A DNA stretch of 63,721 bases, the filler included, from Octopus bimaculoides (lineage: Eukaryota), in NCBI RefSeq assembly GCF_001194135.2. It is 7 parts of 6 records of this genome, joined end to end, with 100 filler letters (N's around TTAATTAATTAA, not from the genome) between each part and the next. Parts side by side here need not be neighbours in the genome. Positions count along the whole stretch, not along the records: positions 52,540 to 62,300 come from NC_068984.1; positions 62,401 to 63,721 come from NC_068983.1; 5 more parts are not named here. One strand, given 5' to 3'. Under the pieces are notes generated by a model that was not told the origin of the DNA, made no database searches, and saw only the letters and a program-made list of their open reading frames with translations. Shown piece after piece: positions 56,984 through 63,721 of the stretch; within the stretch, counting starts at the first letter, position 1, and every line of letters begins with the position of its first letter. Position numbers and translations under genes: made by a program.

Positions 56984-57056
56984 ATAGTGGAGTCAGTGCA
57001 GTGCCGTCCCAGATGAAAGGCAAGCAGAACACTTTTGCTGCATCGGAGAATAACAT
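56984..57056 (+). CDS. Internal coding exon of the same precursor (end of signal peptide plus start of pro-region)
   Basis: Long polypyrimidine tract gcttttctctctctttctcactctcttatgCAG| and donor cat|GTAAGA. The 73-nt exon reads (xAT)SGVSAVPSQMKGKQNTFAASENN+AT. The final AT plus the first G of 60172 makes ATG in frame with the knottin exon (phase 1 in, phase 2 out). V-S-A|VP fits a signal peptidase site. Confidence 0.68.
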
Positions 57057-57409
57057 GTAAGAGCTTGTTGTTGTTGTTGTTGTTTTTGTTGATGATGATG
57101 ATGATGATGATGATATTTAGCACCGCATCCTCAGTCAATGCTGATTGAGCAGACCTATGATCAAAACTTAGATGTATTTTATTTAGTGCATTGTGCTACA
57201 TAATCCAATGAAATATTTTCGAAAAGACTGTTAGATTCGATTCGAGGTAAATTTCGGCTATTATTTCTAGCGCGCTTGGCAACTGCTATGGACTGCGTGT
57301 TTGCATATTTGGCTCATTGTTTCGGACCAAGCTTGTTGTCTAAAGCAGAAAAGTGATTTTTAAATGTATGTTTATATTCACAAACACACACACACACACA
57401 CACATAGTT

Positions 57410-57700
57410 GAAATTTACAGAAAAACAAAAGACGAAGACAGGTGTATAATCAATAAACAGGGGTATTCGTTTAACGCTCTGTAAGGTGAGAAAGTCTTTT
57501 ACGTTTTGAGCCTACGCTCTTCAACAGAAAGGAACACGAAGAAATAAACAGAGAGAGAATAAAAACCTTTTGGAGCTAGCGGTCAATCATGGCGGCTGGC
57601 TGGACAGAGGTAGTTAGACAGGAGAGCTAAGAAGAAGGGGAGATAGTAAAGTATTAGTGATCCCAAAACAAAGGTGCGCGTGCGTGTGTATGTGAGAGTG
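57410..57700 (-). mobile_element. Probable Penelope-like element terminal-repeat fragment carrying a degenerate minimal hammerhead-like motif
   Basis: Minus strand 57531-57496 reads CTTT-CTGTTGA-A-GAGC-GTAG-GCTC-AAAA-CG-TA-AAAG, the layout of Penelope-type minimal type-I hammerheads. Element boundaries are approximate. Confidence 0.45.
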
Positions 57701-58289
57701 TGTAAGTGTGGATAGGGGCTGGTGACTTTGACGTGTGGATTTGTGCGTGTGTGTGTGTGCGTGTGTAATGTGTGGATGTGTGGATGATGGTGTAGGTGCT
57801 GGGAAGTGGTCAGTGCTAGTGTGTGCGGGGTGGTGTGATGTGGTGTGGTGGTATGTGGTGTCGTGGTGTCGTGGTGTATTGTGACGGTGTTAGAGTGTGG
57901 GGTTGCGAGGGTGGTGAGTGGGGATGTGAGGGTGAGGATGAGGGGTGGGGCATGTGGGAGTGGGATGTGTGGGGNNNNNNNNNNNNNNNNNNNNNNNNNN
58001 NNNNNNNNNNNNNNNNNNNNNNNNNNNNNNNNNNNNNNNNNNNNNNNNNNNNNNNNNNNNNNNNNNNNNNNNNNNNNNNNNNNNNNNNNNNNNNNNNNNN
58101 NNNNNNNNNNNNNNNNNNNNNNNNNNNNNNNNNNNNNNNNNNNNNNNNNNNNNNNNNNNNNNNNNNNNNNNNNNNNNNNNNNNNNNNNNNNNNNNNNNNN
58201 NNNNNNNNNNNNNNNNNNNNNNNNNNNNNNNNNNNNNNNNNNNNNNNNNNNNNNNNNNNNNNNNNNNNNNNNNNNNNNNNNNNNNNNNN

Positions 58290-58522
58290 AAAAGAGAACA
58301 ACTACACCAAGCTACTGAGAAATTTACAGATACTCCACCCAGACTACAAGTTCAGATTCATACCCGTGATTGTTGGGGCATTGGGATATGTAACGAACTG
58401 CCTCAACAAAAACCTGGAAAAATTAGGGTTCTCAAAACCTGAAAGAAAAAGGCTGGTTAGAAGACTACAGATTTAAGCCATCAGTGGAACTGTAAAGATA
58501 TGTAAAACTTTCCAAAAATTTA
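58290..58522 (+). mobile_element. 3' end of a restriction-like-endonuclease LINE (R4/Dong-like) ORF
   Basis: KENNYTKLLRNLQILHPDYKFRFIPVIVGALGYV..LEKLG..RLQI*AISGTVKICKTF matches the C-terminal RLE pattern K..Y..L..IP.IVGALG. Confidence 0.75.
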
Positions 58523-58639
58523 ACACATAAATACATATGCATGCATCTAGACATAAAAACGCATCCATAAAACAAACATACAAATCTGCGCATACACTAA
58601 CACCAAATACTGCACACACACACATATGCACAAATACCT

Positions 58640-58875
58640 AGATGATGTTGATAAAAGTTCCAATGAAGGAGCCTTGAATCTATGTTAGAGTCCGGCTCTT
58701 TCTCTATGGACAAGAAATACAGAAATGAAACTGATTGATAACATACATACAAAAAAATACCTTGCTGTTGGTGTTGAAATTCCAATGAAGGAACCTTGGA
58801 TTCAGGTTAGAAACTGGCTCTTTCTCTATTGGCAAGGAATCTTGAAATAAAACTGAACAATGACATACATACATG
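58640..58875 (+). repeat. Two tandem ~110-bp units (probable LINE 3' UTR), with an inverted copy at 59845-59990
   Basis: Units share TTCCAATGAAGGA(G/A)CCTTG(A/G)AT..GGCTCTTTCTCTAT. The reverse complement of 59845-59990 aligns closely with the second unit. Confidence 0.75.
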
Positions 58876-60171
58876 CATACACACATACTGACAAAAACCT
58901 ACGTACATACATCATAATATATATATATATGTAAATATATCTGTCCATCAATGCACACATACACCTGCATGCCACACGCACACACACACAAACATTAACG
59001 TACATTAACGCACTCATATATTAAAAATCAATAGACTTTCTTGACTAATACCCCCACCCCTTGTTATTCTGTAGTGAACAGGCTTGAATTCTGCAAAAGA
59101 CCTAAATAACTCTCAGAGTATCCATTAATCCGTTCTCTCAACCTGTTAGCTATTCATACATAGATACATTTATATCTCTATTTGATTCAACAAAAAGAAA
59201 AATACACCCACTCCCCAATGCATGTGTATACAGCATACACATATATTTACATGCATAAAAAACGTCGATTAGTGCATTCATTATATCAATGCAAACAGAC
59301 GCTCATACTCATATGCTCATACCTACAAAATAACTGCACACACTCACACCCATGCAAATATCCACTGTCATATATGCACTCATAGACCCACACTTATTTA
59401 CAAATCTCTGGATTATCTATATTCAGACAAAGAGACCATACCACGCTGTTTGTGATAAGTTTGAATTCTGCCAAGAAGAATTTTAATAAACCCCAAGGAA
59501 AACATATGTACGATCTGCAAGCACACACGCTGTCAGCGACCAATGTAAATATGCAAGCCTATAGTAAATTTAACTCTATAGTATTGTTACTGCTACATAA
59601 ATTGCAACGATGGAGCCGTTTTCCTCATGCATATAGTTGCATATTTAGACATGCTCATATATATTTAAAGGATAAACTTCTGGAAAGTTTTACAGATTTT
59701 TACAGTTTCAATGATGGATTCGATTTGTAATCTTCGAATTATTTTTCCCTTTCTGGTTTTCAGGAGCTTAATTTTTCAAGACTAGTATTTTGGCAGTGTT
59801 ACATATCCTGGGATCCCAATAATTACAGGTAAAAACCTGAACTTGTATGTATGTATGTTATTATTCAGTTTATTTCAAGATTTCTTGCCAATTGAGATAG
59901 AACCAGTTTCTAACCGAGATCCAAGGTTTCTTCATTGGAATTTCAACATCAACAACAGGGTATTTTTGTTTTTATGTATGAATGTATGTATGTATGAACA
60001 GATTTGTATGTTTTATGTATGTCTTTTCATGCATATAGTTACATATATAGACACGTATGTATGTATGTATGTATGTATGTATGTATGTATGTATGTATGT
60101 ATGCATGTATGTATGTATGTATGTATGTATGTGTGTATAAAACTAATACTCTTATACATTCTGTTTACTAG

Positions 60172-60397
60172 GGAGCAACAAACTCCACGGTCGGTCATCA
60201 GTTCAGCAGCTGACGCTATGAACAGGAGGGATTTCGACTACTACAGTACCACATCTTTTTACGGTTACCCAGATGGGAAACGAGGTTTCTTTGAATGCAG
60301 ACCAGCTGGCAACCGATGTAGTTTCCTGCAAAGATGCTGTGGCGCTTTAAGATGCGATCGTGAGAAATTCTTCCACTTTTTCGGTCGCTGTTATTAA
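60172..60397 (+). CDS. Terminal coding exon of a secreted knottin (ICK) prepropeptide: pro-region, RR site, Tyr-rich peptide, GKR site, 37-aa six-Cys mature peptide
   Basis: Acceptor ctgtttactAG|g (AG at 60170-60171), branch-point-like CTAAT at ~60143. Reads (g)EQQTPRSVISSAADAMNRRDFDYYSTTSFYGYPDGKRGFFECRPAGNRCSFLQRCCGALRCDREKFFHFFGRCY* (TAA 60395-60397). Cys spacing C-x6-C-x5-CC-x4-C-x11-C is the ICK framework, directly after a dibasic KR. It is non-repetitive sequence between microsatellites. Confidence 0.82.
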
Positions 60398-60617
60398 ATT
60401 ATTCAAAACTTTGTCAAAATAACACTACGACAAAAGATGGAATCATGAAGAAAGAGCGACACACTGAACAAACAAGTGCCTAAATATTAAGGAACAGTGA
60501 GCAACAACATCATCATCATCATCTTTAACGCGATATAATACAGCTGCCCGTTCCTTCCACATCCATTTAATAGATAAATCGATGACTTGTGCCTAATTCG
60601 AGATTAGGATTTCGCAT

Positions 60618-60623
60618 AATAAA
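60618..60623 (+). terminator. Candidate polyadenylation signal of the knottin gene
   Basis: AATAAA ~220 nt after the stop codon; further AATAAA copies follow at ~60653 and ~60666. Confidence 0.3.
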
Positions 60624-60891
60624 AAAAAAACAATTGTAATGATCAATATTAAATAAATGATAATGAATAAAACTGATAACAATCGCTGTATATGAGAGAG
60701 AGAGAGGGAGAGAGAGAGATCGTGAGGAACTGTGAGATGGGGCACAGGTCACCAAGGGAGAGAAAGTAAGCTTAGCACTTAAGAATTTTGCGTGTGTGTG
60801 TGTGTTTGATAGCGTCAGACGTCATCCAATGATCATTGGGTGTCTAGACCTTGAACCGTAACACCCTGTTGTTGGTGGGTCGGCAGTGGTG

Positions 60892-60936
60892 GTAGAAGCA
60901 ACATTAGTAGAAGCAACATTAGTAGAAGCAACATTG
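60892..60936. repeat. 3 x 15-bp tandem repeat GTAGAAGCAACATT(A/G)
   Basis: Units at 60892, 60907 and 60922. Confidence 0.9.
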
Positions 60937-61136
60937 TGACTCAAAGGTCGATAGTTTCGTGTGTTATATACACTCTATGTACACGACAATTAAAAGACGA
61001 TTTAGTTAAACGATTTGGGCGAAGATGGAAAAGAAGGGTACAAGAAAGAAAGCATAAGCGCTTTGTGATGTGAGGTGTACAACAACATCGGATAGTCTGG
61101 TTGATATAGCGTGACTGATAAAATTATATATAACAC

Positions 61137-61187
<51 letters not shown>

Positions 61188-61289
61188 CATACATATATAT
61201 GTATATATATAGACTATATATACATGCGTGTGTATGTATATCTATACATTTATATATATATATATATTGAAACTCTATTCTCTCCAGTG

Positions 61290-61570
61290 ACCTCAACATT
61301 AGGTTCAAAATTCATCCAAGGCTAGGACCACGGGCCATACGTTCTCTACCCAATTCAGTATCACAACACATAAATACACTGCAACACAATTTCTTTTCCT
61401 CAAAAGGCTCTGCCCTATTTAACATTATTCCGAAACAGATCAAAGAGGAAAAAGGATCCCATCACCTTTAAACAAATCTGGACAAATTTCTCCGAGGAAT
61501 ACCAGATAAGCCACCTATACCTGAATACAACTCACTCAACAAGAACTCCCTACTCGAATTGACCATCATA
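61290..61570 (+). mobile_element. CR1/L2-group LINE ORF2 C-terminal fragment
   Basis: FSSKGSALFNIIPKQIKEEK..FKQNLDKFLRGIPDKPPIPEYNSLNKNSLLE, a typical CR1/L2-group 3' end. Confidence 0.7.
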
Positions 61571-61697
61571 CCACAAAACTTTACTTAAAAAAGATTTAAC
61601 AAATCCTATCAGGTGGTGCCATTAAGTTAGACATGGCCTGACCAAACTTTGGTCGAAACATATCTCAGTTATCTAAGTTATATATATATATTTGTGC

Positions 61698-61746
<49 letters not shown>

Positions 61747-62400
61747 TGTGTGTGTTTGTGTGTGTGTGTGTAACGCTACTCACTACTGGTTTTTTTACTC
61801 ATTTGTATAATATTCTTTGAATATTTTTTTGTGTGACATCTATTTCTGTTTCTCTTTCTTTGCCTCTCTTTTGCCTCCCTCTCACTCTCTTTCTCTCTCT
61901 TTCCCACTCTGATACTTTACTTCTTCCTTCGTTTTGATTTTCTATCTATCCTTCTCTTGTCTCCAGTCCTACAGGGCATTTCCCTTTGCGTAACCCCATG
62001 TCAGCCTGTCTTGCGGCCGCATGTTTTTTTTGTTTTTTGTATATGTATGTTTTATTTTGTCATTTTTGTTTTCGTCATTCTCCTGCACATTCGTTAGCTA
62101 TTCCCACTGGCTTTCTGCCACTGGTGCCACCAAGAGCGAACAGTATCAACCTTAAAGGCGTGAAATTGTAATGATTTCCTGGAGGGGGGGGGGCGTTGAC
62201 TGATGAGAAATAAGGTACGAATTTCTGTTTGTTATGCTTTTCTATTTCCGTTTGTTGTGTTTCGTTAAATTTTTGAAATATATATATATATATATATATA
62301 NNNNNNNNNNNNNNNNNNNNNNNNNNNNNNNNNNNNNNNNNNNNTTAATTAATTAANNNNNNNNNNNNNNNNNNNNNNNNNNNNNNNNNNNNNNNNNNNN

Positions 62401-62992
62401 GTTCGGTATAAGCCCACAGGTCCGAAATGGTTGGACACTGCACGAGTGCGTGCAGAACGGTTTCATCACTCTGACCGCATGTCGGACAAGTCCGTCCGGT
62501 GTATCTCGAACCGTGCCTGTTAAACGGGTAATGCATTTCGATAGCACTGCCAGGCCAAGGATCTCTGGTGATTGTCCATAGGTCCCAGTCCGAAAGTTGT
62601 CCTGAATAGGCGGGTCAGGTGTTCCTCGTCGACGCCCAGATTCTCCCCGAGAACATCGCTGCCCCTCCCCTCCACTAATCCTCTATAGAACGCCTTCGTG
62701 GAATTGAAGTCGGTTCCGGACGGCAGAGTTGCTTGAGAGCAAGGCGGCACTCGCGGTGCCATTCGCCTAACTTCGGTCTCTGTTCGATCCACCACTGCAG
62801 TTCGGCCAAAGAGACGAGGTGCGGGAAAGCGCGCCGCACAAGCGGCAACCACACGTGTTCACCGTCGTCTATGAAACGTCGGAGATGTCGCAGTCTGTCT
62901 ACCTCGCTAAATGGAGGGCTGGGCATGCCGTGGTTGATGTCTGTGCATCATCAACCACGGCGCGCCCAGCCCTCCATTTAGCGAGGTAGACA
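62401..62992 (-). mobile_element. 5'-truncated Tx1/L1-clade LINE, ORF2 C-terminus with zf-RVT zinc finger
   Basis: LNGGLGAPWLMMHRH..LRHLRRFIDDGEHVW..SLAWQCYRNALPV..CPTCGQSDETVLHALVQCP across frameshifts. Confidence 0.85.
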
Positions 62993-62995
62993 GAC
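62893..62995. repeat. Near-perfect inverted repeat: 47-bp arms, 9-nt loop
   Basis: GTCTGTCTACCTCGCTAAATGGAGGGCTGGGCATGCCGTGGTTGATG versus the reverse complement of 62949-62995, which differs at only 2 positions. Confidence 0.95.
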
Positions 62996-63084
62996 AGACA
63001 GACAGACAGATAGATTGATAGATAGACACAAACATACATATATGTATGTATGTATGTATGCATGCATGTATGTATGTATGTATG

Positions 63085-63115
<31 letters not shown>

Positions 63116-63496
63116 TTATCATTCTGATGAGTTATGAGTTGGTATTTCAGATCTGACGAACTCCCAGTGAAAACGAAGACTTCTGCCGTAGAATCTTGTT
63201 TGAACATCACATATTTACGAGTTTCCTTTACAAACGATTCTGACAAAACCCCAAAAGTTACAAGCTTGGAACTATGTCCTAACGACATTCCTTTCACATT
63301 TTTCAAGCATTTTCTCTCACTTATTCTTTGTCTAACCACCCCAAATACATCATGAATTAATCAGCTGAAAGAAATAACACCCGACTTCAACCATGACATT
63401 TGTTATTTCACCTTCTTCCTTTCTTCTTTCTCCTACTGGAACCCCATCAAGTCTGCTGGAACTCCCAGAACATTACCATTTTTATTATTATCATTC

Positions 63497-63563
<67 letters not shown>

Positions 63564-63721
63564 GGTTATAAATGACAAGCTTCAGGCGGAATAACAAACT
63601 GATATTAATTCGTCAAACTTGTTTTCTTCTTCCGCCACTTTTGCGGTAACATTTAATGTCTTGCCGAGCAGCAGATATTACATTACCGCCACCACCGCCA
63701 GTTCACCGCCTCCGTCGCTAC

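Noticed and set aside
59764-59828. Exon-like segment (ttttcAG|..acag|GTAAAA) inside intron 2
   Set aside because: 65 nt breaks the frame, has a stop in the required phase, and abuts a repeat.
59843-60171. N-terminal part of ORF 59843-60397
   Set aside because: It is intronic repeat and (TATG)n sequence; only 60172-60397 is treated as exon.
63134-63355. ORFs open on both strands (63134-63355 +, 62899-63339 -)
   Set aside because: No recognisable motif or convincing splice-site pair.

Overview
This is repeat-dense, AT-rich animal DNA, most likely octopus (inferred from three tRNA-derived SINE families plus very high microsatellite density). It is not one natural locus: six 100-bp N44-TTAATTAATTAA-N44 spacers join seven scaffold pieces, so adjacency across spacers is not evidence of linkage. 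Most of the sequence is microsatellites, gaps, SINEs and decayed transposons (mariner, maT/DD37D, Tc1, hAT, Tx1-, R4-, CR1- and RTE-type LINEs, Penelope-like pieces). One piece (25356-34847) is a 9.5-kb CpG-rich tetranucleotide satellite with three strand-polarity switches. The one convincing host gene is on the + strand of piece 52540-62300. Two phase-compatible exons (56984-57056 and 60172-60397) encode a prepropeptide: ...SGVSA|VPSQMKGKQNTFAASENNMEQQTPRSVISSAADAMN-RR-DFDYYSTTSFYGYPD-GKR-GFFECRPAGNRCSFLQRCCGALRCDREKFFHFFGRCY*. This predicts a Tyr-rich amidated 15-mer plus a 37-aa C-C-CC-C-C inhibitor-cystine-knot (conotoxin/spider-toxin-like) peptide. The signal-peptide exon is not securely located. 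No database searches were run, so novelty is unverified.
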